Assembly (NCBI GenBank): GCA_002269645.1
Contig: NIVC01000610.1
Coordinates: forward strand, 1-64,000
Reading direction: 5' to 3'
Source of the DNA: Macrostomum lignano
Lineage: Eukaryota
Length of the DNA stretch: 64,000 nt
Of the stretch, positions 11,959 to 38,420 are shown in pieces. Each line of letters begins with the position of its first letter. Within the stretch, counting starts at the first letter, position 1. Position numbers and translations under genes: made by a program. The notes beneath the pieces were generated by a model. That model did no database searches, had not been told where the DNA came from, and saw only the letters and a program-made list of their open reading frames with translations.

Positions 11959-12747
11959 TACATAGGAGTATATCTTTCATTATTAGATATACATATTTCC
12001 CTGTGCATAAAAACATAATTAATTAATAATTATTTATTAAATAGACATATTAGAATAGTGTCTTGGACAAATGAAAAATTAATTGGGTATACCTGTATAC
12101 TTTAAATTAAATATACTAAAAATCTTTAAATTGACAAATCATTAATTTTAAATTGCAAAAAATTCTACCTTTGCTATTCAATAAGCAAAAAAAGAATAAA
12201 GTTAGTTTGGTCAACTATGCATTTAGGATCAAAGTTTGCTTGCACAATTGCATTCTTGATACTTGTATATCTAATATATCTTTTAGATTAATTCTAATAA
12301 AGAATATATTATCTAAAATAAAATCTTTTTTTTGCCCCAAATTAATATAATTATACTTGGATTCAAGTCTAGACTGCTAATATAAGCTATACAAGAGCTA
12401 TATTAAAATGCTAAATGATACTCATTTACTTTAGCTTGACATGTAAATGATCTAATAGGAAAATAATTAGCCAATTATCTCTTATAATATATAGACTAAT
12501 TGACCTTATCATTAGTAGTTAAAAAGCTAGCAAGATAAAAAGTACATTTAAATAAATAATATAAATTAGTTAATTTTAAAAAACAGTTTAATGGCTTCAT
12601 TTGAAAGTAGTAGGCTCCTAATGACAATGACCTAGGAGCTAGGGCTAGCCTAATATAATACCTAGAGAAAAAAACATTTTGTGATTCTTATTTGAAATTT
12701 TGTCCTTTCAATATTTGTTCAGACCCAACTAGGCCCTATGACTAGAT

Positions 12748-13875
12748 GGATACATGCAAATTTGGCGACAAACAAATTTGGCAACAGAGATTTACAATGG
12801 ACTAATTAGGCGAAAGCAAATTTGGCAACAATCTAGGCAAATTTGGCAACACATCTTTTTATAGCTAGCCTAATTAAAGACAAGTTAAAGCAAATGAGGT
12901 GGGAGTGGAGAAAGAAAATTAAACTTGGGGTTTGACTTGAAATTGATTGGTTGCTGACACTCATGAAATGAGGTAGGGCGGATTTCACAGTTAAATTCCT
13001 ACTAGCATTGCATTTGCACGAATAAATCTAGAGATGTCCTGCAGACAAATCATAATGAAATTCTTTCTCCTGTTTTACTCTGATTGCCAGGGTCCTCAAA
13101 TTCCAGGGGGAGGGTAGTTGTATCATAGCGGAGTGGTCGTATAGCGGCGCGGTCGTTTAAATGGTAGACATTGAGATTTTGACACCATAGATTAATGCGT
13201 CAATTTGCTGAGCTTGTTACTTTCAGTAGGGTAGAGCTGCCACCACCGTAATTTACAGTATATTTGAGCCTTATATACTCAAAAGGCCATCCAAGCGATG
13301 AATAAAGGAGATTCACGCATTGGAACAAGGCACCAGTCACCACCCCACATGCACTCTTTGGCGAGCAAACACAGAGGTAGGATGGGTGACTAATAGTAGA
13401 GTAATAAAACATAGATAGCCGCAAAAAGGGGGTTCAAATTAGAATGAGTTGGGCACCTTAGATGGCTCACATCAAAATCAAATGGGGAGAAGTTAAAAGG
13501 CTGAATTCTTTCCCCGATATTGTAACAATGGAAAGACCTTATTAGGCATACAAGAAATCATTTTTCTCATTTTTTCAAAGTCCCATAGGTTTTTGCTTAT
13601 AAGGCCACTCAACCTGAAATTAGAACATTTCTTGGAAAGGACTTAAAACTCACTAAGAATAAATGACAGATAAAACAAACTCAGTTAAAAAGGGAAAGCT
13701 AATCTGCATTATAGAATACCATTCTACAAAAGGAATTATTCAAATCATACACAATTTTTTTTCCTTCATTAATTGTCATCAAATTTGCCTAGATTGTCGC
13801 TGAATTTGCTTTTGCCAAATTAGTCCATTGTGAATCTGTCGCCAAATTTGTTTGTTGCCGAACTGGTCAGCACCC
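12748..13875. mobile_element. Non-autonomous element with ~100-bp internally repetitive inverted arms (CAAATTTGGCGACAA motifs), foldback/Mutator-like
   Basis: 12757-12850 is the reverse complement of ~13772-13862 (caaatttggcgacaaacaaatttggc...aatggactaatt...caatctaggcaaattt); no clean TSD found. Confidence 0.65.
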
Positions 13876-14856
13876 TGACAGGCCTGACTGGACCACCCTA
13901 TCGGCTATCCTTAATATTGTGAAACACCTGGTCCAATTGAACATAAACAAAGAAACTAAAATTGGAATTTTGTCAAAATTTTGATTGACAAATTTGACAT
14001 CAAAATCAAATAGGCTCTACTGAATATGATACACCCACTTTATTATGTCCACTGTCCAGCCCAGTGCAATTAAGGTCTAGGGGGCCTATCGTGCAGAACT
14101 GTTTGTAAAAAAATTCACATTGTTGAAGTGATTATTCGCATTTAAGGAGTCCAAAAAAGCTTACTAAACTTAGCTTATTGTACTAGGCCTATATGTAACG
14201 TATCGTGCACTGTGCATGTGCGCAAGACAAGCATATAAAATAATTAATAAAAAAGGAACTATACACGTTACATACTAGGCCTATGATGAGCATTCTAGTC
14301 CACGCACAAGTACAGGCGTGTAAAAATAAAAAAATTATTACAAAATAAAGCAACCATAATAAAGAATAGGCGCCTGGTACGCCACACAAGTTCCATAACT
14401 TCCATATGCAAACAATGGGAGAAAGCGGCAAGTATTTTCTACTCCCATAAAGCAATTTTGGCCGTAAACTTTATTACAAGAAAAAGCTGTTTCAAAAAGA
14501 AACCGTAAAAATCAAGAAAAATGAAGGGAATAGAAATATATGTTTCTTGCAACCAAAATTTAGTTTTTAAATACATATTTGTCTTTTTAGGTCCAATTTG
14601 TCTACTATTTTGTTTCAATTCATGACGTTATTTCAAAAGCAGCATTAGCGGTATTCTGCACAAGAACCACAGTCGAGTCTATACACTTTAATAACCTTTC
14701 ATAATGCACTGTATTATGCTACTGTAATACTACTATACTTATTAAAGTGGTCCTTGATTCTGAAATTTCGAATGAAGCAGAGCATATTGTGCTGTGCTAC
14801 TTAGCTGAACTTCTTGAATCAAGTAAACTTGTAATAAAAATGGTGCATGCAGCTGG

Positions 14857-15394
14857 GGGTGCAGCCGAAATCGTCATATTCAAAATCGTCATATGATGAT
14901 GACGACTTGAACAAATCTCGAAGACTTAAACATTTAAATAAGACGACTTTGACCAAAGGCAAGGGTGTATATTAATTTTGGATTTTTCTACCTTCGGGCA
15001 AAAATCCCTTGCATATGCACCCGTAATTTTTATATTAACTGTGTCAATTAATGCTGATTCACCCCTGATTGCTGCATCAGCAATCAGGGTCGGCGTTGCG
15101 TTCGCGCGAATTAATCCGGAGAATAATTCAAATTTAGTTCAAATATCAATTAAGTGGCACCCGACTGCCACACATGACTACTGAGAATACACTGTAAATT
15201 GTTTTAATTTGTTGGCAAACAAGAACACGCTGCCGCCATGAGCTAAGATCCTTGCGCAGCCAATGCAACACAATATGACGATTTAGTGAATGCAGCATTG
15301 TCCAATACTGAGATGATGACGATTTAGATAATTTAGTTGTTTTTCTCGTAAGCCGCAGATGACGATCTCGAATATGACGACTTCGGCCGGAACC
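14857..15394. mobile_element. MITE (538 bp) with GG termini, ~35-bp TIR (GG.T.C.GCCGAA.TCGTCATATTC), 8-bp TSD GCAGCTGG; Merlin- or Mutator-like
   Basis: GCAGCTGG at 14849-14856 and 15395-15402; left GGGTGCAGCCGAAATCGTCATATTC vs right reverse complement GGTTCCGGCCGAAGTCGTCATATTC; internal ATGACGA repeats. Confidence 0.8.
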
Positions 15395-16650
15395 GCAGCT
15401 GGTAACTCTTAAGCAATTATGTTAAGCAATTATAATTCCATTTTAATGCAAATGCATACAACTTGGCATATGAAATAAAAAATAAAATGAAAATGATCCT
15501 TTCACTACTACACAGCTAACATGTACTGTATTTTGTACAGTTATTTACTCTATTGTAGATTATACTCGTACACATACAGCATAGTAACATGCTGTGCATG
15601 CTAAATTTTAAGAATGGTACTCTTCACTACCCCGGATGAAATTCAATAATTGATTATATGATGAAGACATTATTTGTTTCGATTGTCTTCGCAGTGTATT
15701 TTTCCACCAAATTGGCCTCCAAAATAACACATTTTTAGTTTGACGTACGTTCAGATACTACAGTGGTCCTTGATGAAATATTCTGAAAAATCTGAAAACT
15801 TTTGAACTCACTAATGATATAGCAGAATTTGCAATCGCACTTTGCTTTTTTTATTTCTCTAAATGGCGCTTTGCCCATTACCGTATAATCCAAAGCTTAT
15901 AGAGGATCGAGCTATAAGAAGTACTTTATAATTACGTACTTTTATCAAACGTTTCCGTGAAAGCATCAGAGACTCCTGCAAGAGAGATGCACAGACCAGC
16001 CCTTCTCTTTATTTTCCATGTTTAGTTTCCATGCGTGGGACATCCATTGCTATAGCCTATAGCGTAGGCTGAAACAGACAAAAGTTGACGGCTCAGAAAT
16101 CGCATTGACAATTTGCCCCGTTCCTCGCGTGGCTAGCAGTTTGCATCTGATGAATCGGGGCTAGAAGTTTTTTAAAAATTAATTTGCTGCTTCTCCCCTT
16201 ATAAAAAGTTGCAGTGTCTGAAACTGCATGAATGAGGGGCCATTGTTTCAAGCGAGCCCTCGTAACCTTGGTGCATTGTGGGAGTCAAATGGCTTTAAAA
16301 AGATGCTGGTCCATATGACGGCGATTGTTATTCTGCGAGCTTATTGGACAGGGATTTTCCTCCCCCCAGCTAGAGGAGACATCCCCAGCAACAGAGCTGC
16401 CACTGCTGGCTATAGCAAACGCGATGACGACAACCGCCTGTGCAGCCGCATGGGATGGGTGCCGTGTGGTCAAAGAGAGGTTGGGCAGTGGTGTCGGGGA
16501 ACAGGCCAGCTAAATTCAGTCTTTCCCTCCTCTAATAAATATCGGCTAGCTCAAGCAGCAATTTCCAGCTTCGATTTGCGATCATCAATAGAGTGTTAGC
16601 TAGAGCTGCTTCATCAAGACTCACTATCAGCATTGTTGCATTGCACGGCA

Positions 16651-17819
16651 ATGGCCGACAAAGCTCGGACAGTTAAGAAGCCTGGCGCTCCCGCCGCTGT
16701 CACCAACGGCAAGGCTAAGCCGGCTAAAGCGTCTGACAACAAGCAGCAGCAGCCGAAAGCTTCGTCTACCGGAAATGGAACGACCGGAAACGATGAAGAG
16801 ATAAATGGCGCCATAACTGACATGCTGGCTAAACACGAGCTCGAACTGCTAGCGGTCGCGTCCGATCTCACAGCGGAGACGAGTCACTATGACAAAGAGT
16901 TGCGCAATCTCAAAGAGAAGCTCGAAGCGGCCAACAGGCGCCTGATGCAGCTGGAGTGGCGCTTTCCAACTACGGCCCTGTGGCGAATCGGTGACTTCTT
17001 GGAGCGCATGAAGGAGGCCAAGAAAAACAAATCCGTACTGGAGAGTCCGCAGTACTATCTGAGCAGGCAGGGCTATCTAATGAGCATGTCTATCGCACTG
17101 TATGGCTCTGGAGAAGGTGAGAAATTTGTTTTACTATTCAATTAGTTTAGTTATGTGATTATCAAGAACACCTATAAAGTGTAGATGAATTGTTATAAGT
17201 TCAAGTGTAATAGTAAACGCACCTCCAAAATCCATAATTGTCGTCGTATGCATAATCAGCACAAACCAAACGCATCGCTCAACTGCAGGAAAAGTACATT
17301 TAGAACTTTTAAATTGAAAGAAACAAACGAAACAAATTGACAGAAAATTGATAATAACAAAATTTGGGTGATGGGGATTAGTAGGATGATATGAATAAAG
17401 CGATATAAAGTTTCAAAGTGTACGATACGACTAGTTGGATGTCACTAAATTGTTGACCTGCTGACCGCCCCCCAGCCCGCGGAAAGTACATGTCGATATT
17501 CGTGAGCGTGTGCAGAGGCGAATTCGACGGCAACCTGGCCTGGCCGTTCACCATGCGGCTGTACCTCAGCATCCTGGACCAGACCGAGGACGAATCGCCG
17601 AGGCGCAACCTCACCAAGATGATCATCCCTCGGGTGTGCCGGGAGAACCTGGCCTTCCTCGGCCGACCCAGAGGCCGGCCCAGGAATCCGCAATTCGGCC
17701 TGGAGCAGTTCGTCAGCCTGGAAGACGTTCTGCGCAACAGCGACGAGCGACAGTACGTGCGCAACGATGCCTTGTTTGTACGGCTGGAGGTGCCCAATGA
17801 GGACCTGGTGCCGATGTGA
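16651..17819 (+). CDS. TRAF-family protein (269 aa): low-complexity N-terminus, coiled coil, MATH/TRAF-C domain; no RING or zinc fingers. Exons 16651-17116, 17476-17819
   Basis: G|gtgaga...cccag|CC phase-1 intron gives LWRIGDF...ESPQYY...GYLMSMSIALYGSGEARGKYMSIFVSVCRGEFDGNLAWPF...LSILDQ...FGLEQFVSLE...YVRNDALFVRLEV, the canonical TRAF-C motif series. An extra upstream exon cannot be excluded. Confidence 0.92.
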
Positions 17820-17857
17820 GTCATCTCTGCAGCGCCTGCCAGCCAACTGGGTGACTC

Positions 17858-17922
17858 GTGACCAGTGACCAGTGACCAGTGACCAGTGATCAGTGACCAG
17901 TGACCAGTGACCAGTGACCAGT
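17858..17922. repeat. 7-bp repeat (GTGACCA)n just 3' of the TRAF stop
   Basis: Direct reading. Confidence 0.9.
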
Positions 17923-18544
17923 GCAGCTGCAAGCGAGTAGAGATAAAAATTAGACGATGTTAAAGTTTGAGACCGGTTCTTATGCCATTATGCACTGGCT
18001 AGGTAGGAGGTTTTCAGTTTTTTTTCAGTAAATCCACAATACGTCGCCTTCTAAAATTATTTACTCAACATTTTTTGGTCAACTTTTTCCCGAAAAAAAT
18101 CTGCGAATTTAGCTCTTGTAAAAAACACGTACGCTTGCTTCATTTGTATATTCAGAAATTTATAGAAGGCTAGAGATGTTAGGAATTTAGTGCTAAAAAA
18201 ACTGAGAACCAGGCAACTTTACTAACTTTACTAATTTTACTAAGCAATACCTGTGAATAATTTCTGTTTTTTTACTGCTGCATCTTTTTGCGCAAATTCG
18301 ATAATGTAATCTCTTTCCTTCTGTGATCCCAGGTTTTGCAAACCAGTTCACCAAAGCTTTTTTCTACTTCAATGTAAAATTGCTGGTTTTGGATATTAAA
18401 CGGGTTAAATTTTAATGTTTGAGAAGTTCTCAGTCCCCTGCGAAAGCTTGTTTTCTGAAAAATTGTCATGCTTCCGCTTTGCGTGTTAATTTTTTTTGAA
18501 AACTTCAGAATTATTAGAGTTCAGTAAGGAACTTTTATTAAAAG

Positions 18545-18970
18545 GGGTGCTAGATATGGGGACGGGTTGAGATAAGGGTGCTAGATATGGGGACGGATTG
18601 AGATAAGGGTGCTAGATATGGGAACGGGTTGAGATAAGGGTGCTAGATATGGGAACGGGTTGAGATAAGGGTGCTAGATATGGGAACGGGTTGAGATAAG
18701 GGTGCTAGATATGGGAACGGGTTGAGATAAGGGTGCTAGATATGGGAACGGGTTGAGATAAGGGTGCTAGATATGGGAACGGGTTGAGATAAGGGTGCTA
18801 GATATGGGGACGGGTTGAGATAAGGGTGCTAGATAGGGGGACGGGTTGAGATAAGGGTGCTACATATGGGAACGGGTTGAGATAAGGGTGCTAGATATGG
18901 GGACGGGTTAGATAAGGGTGCTAGCTAGATATGGGGACGGGTTGAGATAAGATGTTAGATAGGGAACAGG
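18545..18970. repeat. 31-bp minisatellite (AGATAAGGGTGCTAGATATGGGAACGGGTTG)
   Basis: About 13 tandem copies. Confidence 0.95.
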
Positions 18971-19129
18971 TTACGAGAAGGGTTCGAAGTTATCCTACTC
19001 ATCTCAATCTTTGCGCACAAAATATTTATAATGAATACTGTTTATGACTTTCGTATATTTGTTCTTTAAGAAAATTTTTAGATATGCATGCACATAATCA
19101 GGTATTGAAGGATGTAAACTCGCAGATAA

Positions 19130-20767
19130 TGATGTAGACTGACACAGAATGATGTAGACTGACACAGAATGATGTAGACTGATACAGAATGATGTAGACT
19201 GACACAGAATGATGTAGACTGACACAGAATGATGTAGACTGATACAGAATGATGTAGACTGACACAGAATGATGTAGACTGACACAGAATGATGTAGACT
19301 GACACAGAATGATTTAGACTGACACAGAATGATGTAGACTGACACAGAATGATGTAGACTGACACAGAATGATGTAGACTGACACAGAATGATTTAGACT
19401 GACACAGAATGATGTAGACTGACACAGAATGATGTAGACTGACACAGAATGATGTAGACTGACACAGAATGATTTAGACTGACACAGAATGATTTAGACT
19501 GACACAGAATGATGTAGACTGACACAGAATGATGTAGACTCATACAGAATAATGTAGACTGACACAGAATGATGTAGACTGACGCAGAATAATGTAGACT
19601 GACGCAGAATGATGTAGACTGACACAGAATGATTTAGACTGACACAGAATAATGTAGACTGACACAGAATGATGTAGACTGACACAGAATGATGTAGACT
19701 GACACAGAATGATGTAGACTGACACAGAATGATGTAGACTGACACAGAATGATGTAGACTGACACAGAATGATGTAGACTGACACAGAATGATGTAGACT
19801 GACACAGAATGATTTAGACTGACACAGAATGATTTAGACTGACACAGAATGATGTAGACTGACACAGAATGATTTAGACTGACACAGAATGATGTAGACT
19901 GACACAGAATGATGTAGACTGACACAGAATGATGTAGACTGACACAGAATGATGTAGACTGACACAGAATGATGTAGACTGACACAGAATGATGTAGACT
20001 GACACAGAATGATGTAGACTGACACAGAATGATTTAGACTGACACAGAATGATGTAGACTGACACAGAATGATGTAGACTGACACAGAATGATGTAGACT
20101 GACACAGAATGATGTAGACTGACACAGAATGATGTAGACTGACACAGAATGATGTAGACTGACACAGAATGATGTAGACTGACACAGAATGATGTAGACT
20201 GATACAGAATGATGTAGACTGACACAGAATGATGTAGACTGACACAGAATGATGTAGACTGACACAGAATGATGTAGACTGACACAGAATGATGTAGACT
20301 GACACAGAATGATGTAGACTGACACAGAATGATGTAGACTGACACAGAATGATGTAGACTGACACAGAATGATGTAGACTGACACAGAATGATGTAGACT
20401 GACACAGAATGATGTAGACTGATACAGAATGATGTAGACTGACACAGAATGATGTAGACTGACACAGAATGATGTAGACTGACACAGAATGATGTAGACT
20501 GACACAGAATGATGTAGACTGACACAGAATGATGTAGACTGACACAGAATGATGTAGACTGACACAGAATGATGTAGACTGACACAGAATGATGTAGACT
20601 GATACAGAATGATGTAGACTGACACAGAATGATGTAGACTGACACAGAATGATGTAGACTGACACAGAATGATGTAGACTGACACAGAATGATGTAGACT
20701 GACACAGAATGATGTAGACTGACACAGAATGATGTAGACTGACACAGAATGATTTAGACTGACACAG
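19130..20767. repeat. Highly homogeneous 20-bp satellite (GATGTAGACTGACACAGAAT), ~80 copies
   Basis: Exact 60-nt line periodicity; source of the SVSVYIILCQ ORFs. Confidence 0.98.
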
Positions 20768-21265
20768 AGTGGCATCAAACAACCAAATATAAACTCTTAC
20801 CATTTTAGGCTCCAATATTCAATTCTGATATCTAGTTAATATAATTCTTTCCACAGTATATATTTATAGCTACAGTTAGTAACTCACTGAAGGCATAAAA
20901 GTTGGCTTTTAAAAAGTTTTTTTAAAACAATTATCCATAATTTTTTTGGGGGAAAGAAAGTGAGAAACAGAAAAGAGATCAGCGATTCAAGCTGATGGTG
21001 CGATTATTTTGCAAGTAGAAATAAACAAACAAAAGCTTTTTAAAGACGTCAAAAAAGAGATTTATAGAAATTGCATACGTGCATACGTTTTCTTAGAATT
21101 GGGTGAGCTAAAAGTACAAATCCATAAAAGAAAAATCTCCTTTGGTAATGATACAACTCTCAATTATTAATTGTTGTTAAGTTTTCTCTCAAGACAATTA
21201 TCAGATCAGTTTATTATCGATCACTTTAAGCATAATTAGGGATAAGCAATGACTAATTATGTTAA

Positions 21266-34051
<12,786 letters not shown>

Positions 34052-35749
34052 GTTGTTTAAGCTCAGGATACCGTGGTAATAGCTAAAGTTTTTTTTTGAA
34101 AATCACCAGTACCAGTGCATACGCAATAAGAAAAATTATTTGAAGCACTAATAACTAACTTAAAGCTGGAACTGTTTACATTAGACATTTGTATACAGTA
34201 ACACTCACGTTTCAGAAAAATATTTTAATGATTATTTAATAAAAAGAAAATAAATTTTGCTTGGTAATAAGTCTTTTCAAATATTTTTATTACAAGTACA
34301 ACAGTTTTGATTTAACTCCTTAAATTCACCGAGTTCGAATTCTGTTAAGTCCGGACAATGCAAACTTATACTGACTGTACAAGCCACCCAGAAACTTAAC
34401 TTTCATAGTTCGCCGTTTTTTGAAAGTTTTTTTATGATCTGCTGAATTGTTTTAAAACAAATATTGCTTGTAAAAATGTGAGCTTCAAGGACTACTAGAC
34501 TAACATTTTAACATTTCAGTGGTCCTTGTTGGTGAGCTTTGCAGTGAAGCCCATAACTTTGATTGTTATGTGTTTTTTTCACTAGACGTGAAAACTCTTA
34601 GTATTTCTTTTTTATGAATGCGAAATCTTTTTGCGATTTTTATTTTGAAGATGTATTTAATTTTTACTCATTTTGCATTACGAGTACATGTATAAATTTC
34701 ACAGATATTTGCATGGAAATTTGGAACAATTCATGCATGGATACATGCGCATGTACTAGCAAGCATGCTTCTCAATTTAATTAAATTTAAGATACAGACA
34801 GCATGCAGGAAAAAATAATCGATCGTAATTAAATCGAGCGAAATAATATCGCAAAAAATAAACTGCATATGTAATTTGTAAGATGTACTACTACTATTTA
34901 CTATTTTACTTATTATTACTTGAAGTAGAAAATTTTTCCTGGGGATGCGTTGATTAGCGTGGCTTTCACTTGAAAACGATTAAACGTGGCCTTAATTGGA
35001 CTCCTCCCCCACAAAATCCTTAAGGCGGCAATACACACTTTATGCTATATGGTTTCTATTTCATTAAAAAGCGACCAGATGCCCATGTCAAATCTTATCT
35101 GCCCAACGGCTGTTTATTCCCCAATTGTTCCAAGAATATATCATGCTTTCAATATGTCTTTAAGCGCACGACCCCCCGACGCCATTCATCATGCGCCCTT
35201 GACCGCAGTTAACTCTGGAGCTCGCGCGGCTGCAGCTGTTGCGAGCGCCTGGAAAGGAAAGGATAGCGCGGGGAGGAGAATTGGTAAAAAAAAACGGGAT
35301 GGTAGATACGCGGCCGAGAAGAAAAAGCAGGCAAATGTGGTCAAGCTGAAAGCAACTTCCGGGAAGAAGGAATCAGAAGGAATAAAGAAAATGGACCGAC
35401 AGAAAACAACAAGCCGGCAGCTTATGCCTTTGTCGGAATATATAATCTCTGCATTTGCGAGGCCGAATGTAGTTTGCTATTTCTGGGGCAATTCCATGCA
35501 CTCCACCCTTTTCCAATATCTTATCGATAAAATCTGCAACCAGAGGTCTAGAAGGATCCCATAGGGATCCCACATTTGCATTGCTTCAAACACTAATCTG
35601 TATGTCTAGCAGCTCTGTAAACTCTGAAATTGCATTAAGGCTACTTATATAGACTTTGGATGTTAATTAGAAATTTTTGATTACCTACTTTTTGATTCTG
35701 CATTGCACCTCATCAATAGTTCTAGCATGTAGTCTGACACTTGTACTGT

Positions 35750-36837
35750 AACACTTGTTTGATTGTGCGTGTTGGTTACTGTAACACTTGTTTGACTGCG
35801 TGTTGGTTACTGTAACACTTGTTTGATTGTCTCTATTGGTTACTGTAACACTTGTTTGATTGTCTCTATTGGTTACTGTAACACTTGTTTGATTGTGTGT
35901 GTTGGTTACTGTAACACTTGTTTGATTGTCTCTATTGGTTACTGTAACACTTGTTTGATTGTCTCTATTGGTTACTGTAACACTTGTTTGATTGTCTCTA
36001 TTGGTTACTGTAACACTTGTGTGATTGTGTGTGTTGGTTACTGTAACACTTGTTTGATTGTGTGTGTTGGTTACTGTAACACTTGTTTGATTGTCTCTAT
36101 TGGTTACTGTAACACTTGTTTGATTGTCTCTATTGGTTACTGTAACACTTGTGTGATTGTGTGTGTTGGTTACTGTAACACTTGTTTGATTGTGTGTGTT
36201 GGTTACTGTAACACTTGTTTGATTGTCTCTATTGGTTACTGTAACACTTGTTTGATTGTCTCTAGTGGTTACTGTAACACTTGTTTGATTGTGTGTGTTG
36301 GTTACTGTAACACTTGTTTGACTGCGTGTTGGTTACTGTAACACTTGTTTGATTGTGTCTGTTGTTTACTGTAACACTTGTTTGATTGTGTGTGTTGGTT
36401 ACTGTAACACTTGTTTGATTGTCTCTATTGGTTACTGTAACACTTGTTTGATTGTCTCTATTGGTTACTGTAACACTTGTTTGATTGTCTCTATTGGTTA
36501 CTGTAACACTTGTTTGATTGTCTCTATTGGTTACTGTAACACTTGTGTGATTGTGTGTGTTGGTTACTGTAACACTTGTTTGATTGTCTCTATTGGTTAC
36601 TGTAACACTTGTTTGATTGTCTCTATTGGTTACTGTAACACTTGTGTGATTGTGTGTGTTGGTTACTGTAACACTTGTTTGATTGTGTGTGTTGGTTACT
36701 GTAACACTTGTTTGACTGTGTGTTGGTTACTGTAACACTTGTTTGATTGTGCGTGTTGGTTACTGTAACACTTGTTTGATTGTGCGTGTTGGTTACTGTA
36801 ACACTTGTGTGATTGTGCGTGTTGGTTACTGTAACAC
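35750..36837. repeat. 33-bp minisatellite (TTGGTTACTGTAACACTTGTTTGATTGTCTCTA)
   Basis: About 33 copies with two interleaved variants (TCTCTA / GTGTGT). Confidence 0.97.
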
Positions 36838-37607
36838 TCCCAAAAAGGCCTATTACGGAGTACTTCAGGGTCAGCTCAACCCCTCCCCCCGCGACCCCAT
36901 ATTGATCTACCATTGCTGGTGCTTTTGCTTAGTTTCTTTGGATTTTGGCGTCCGACAGTCGAACCCATTGCAGCAGGAAGTTCCTCCCATTCCAACTGGG
37001 TCAGCTTGACTTTCATTCATCTAAAAAAAGGTCCGCAAGCCTCCAAGCGAGACCGAATTCGATAAATACAAAAATTAATCGCGTGTTTAGCCTTATGGAA
37101 GTTTTTGGGAATCCAGTTTTTTTATCTGCAGCGTCTAAAATTGCTGTCTCTGAATGAAGATTCTTGTTATCTATTGGGCGTTTCTGTTTGCTAGATAGTC
37201 GGTCGGCTTCGGGCCCCCTCCGTTCCTTATAGCTATGTTGGCATTTTTTAAAGCAAAACTTTGCTAAAAAGGCAATCGAACACTGGAAACTGGATTTCCC
37301 ATCACGCAGGCGCCAGTCTTCCGCAGGGATCCTGCCCACCCCCCCCCCCCCAACCTGCAGGGCCTGGGCTGCGCGAGGACTTCAAACAAAACATGTCCTG
37401 GACATTTTGGGCTGCACAATGCACCGCTTTCGATGCTATAAATTAGAATTGAAATTCTAAAGTCTGCGGCGTAGCCAGGGGGGACCCCCATGCCGGCAGC
37501 TGTGGCCCCCTGGTGCTGCACCCTCCCCCTCAAAGATGCATTATTCGAAGCTATGATCCCTTGAACAAGTCTGCATGAGCCCGCGTGACAGTCAGAGAGA
37601 TCTAGTC

Positions 37608-38420
37608 TTAATGACCGAAAGTCAATGACCGAGATCTAGTCTCAATGCCCGAGATCTAGTCTCAATGCCCGAGATCTAGTCTCAATGCCTGAGATCTAGT
37701 CTCAATGCCCGAGATCTAGTCTCAATGCCCGAGATCTAGTCTCAATGCCCGAGATCTAGTCTCAATGCCCGAGATCTAGTCTCAATACCCGAGATCTAGT
37801 CTCAATCACCGAGACCTACATGTAGTCTCAATGACTGAGATCTAGTCTCAATGAACGAGATCTACATGTAGTCTCAATGACTAAGATCTAGTCTCAATGA
37901 CCAAGATCTAGTCTCAATGACTGACATTTGGTCCCAATTACCGAGATCTAGTCTCAATGATCGAGATCTAGTCTCAATGACTGAGATCTAGTCTCAATGA
38001 CCGAGATCTAGTCTCAATAACCTAGATCTAGTTTCAATAACCAAGATCTAGTCTCAATAACCGAGATCTAGTCTCAATGACTGAGATCTAGTATCAATGA
38101 CCGAGATCTAGTCTCAATGACAGATCTAGTCTCAATGACCGAGATCTAGTCTCACTAACCGATATCTAGTCTCAATAACCGATATCTAGTCTCAATGACC
38201 CAGATCTAGTCTCAATGAACGAGATCTAGTCTCAATGATCGAGATCTAGTCTCAATGCCCGAGATCTAGTCTCAATGATCGAGATCTAGTCTCAATGCCC
38301 GAGATCTAGTCTCAATAACCGATATCCAGTCTCACTGACCGCGATCTAGTCTCAATGACCGATATCAAGTCTCAATAACCGAGATCTAGTCTCAATAACC
38401 GCGATCCAGTCTCAATGACT
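37608..38420. repeat. 19-bp minisatellite (GAGATCTAGTCTCAATGCC/ACC)
   Basis: Direct reading. Confidence 0.95.

Noticed and set aside
19004-20815. Long ORFs (SVSVYIILCQ...) and similar repetitive ORFs at 22.6-29.6, 35.8-36.7, 38.8-40.2, 41.8-42.7, 48.9-49.8 and 59.7-60.7 kb
   Set aside because: Translations of stop-free tandem repeats, open in several frames; no coding evidence
36838-37540. Possible hAT remnant (PKRPITEYFR-like peptide, GC-rich ends CCTGCAGGGCCTG and GCGTAGCCAGGGGGG)
   Set aside because: No paired TIRs or TSD and no convincing transposase motif; too degraded to support
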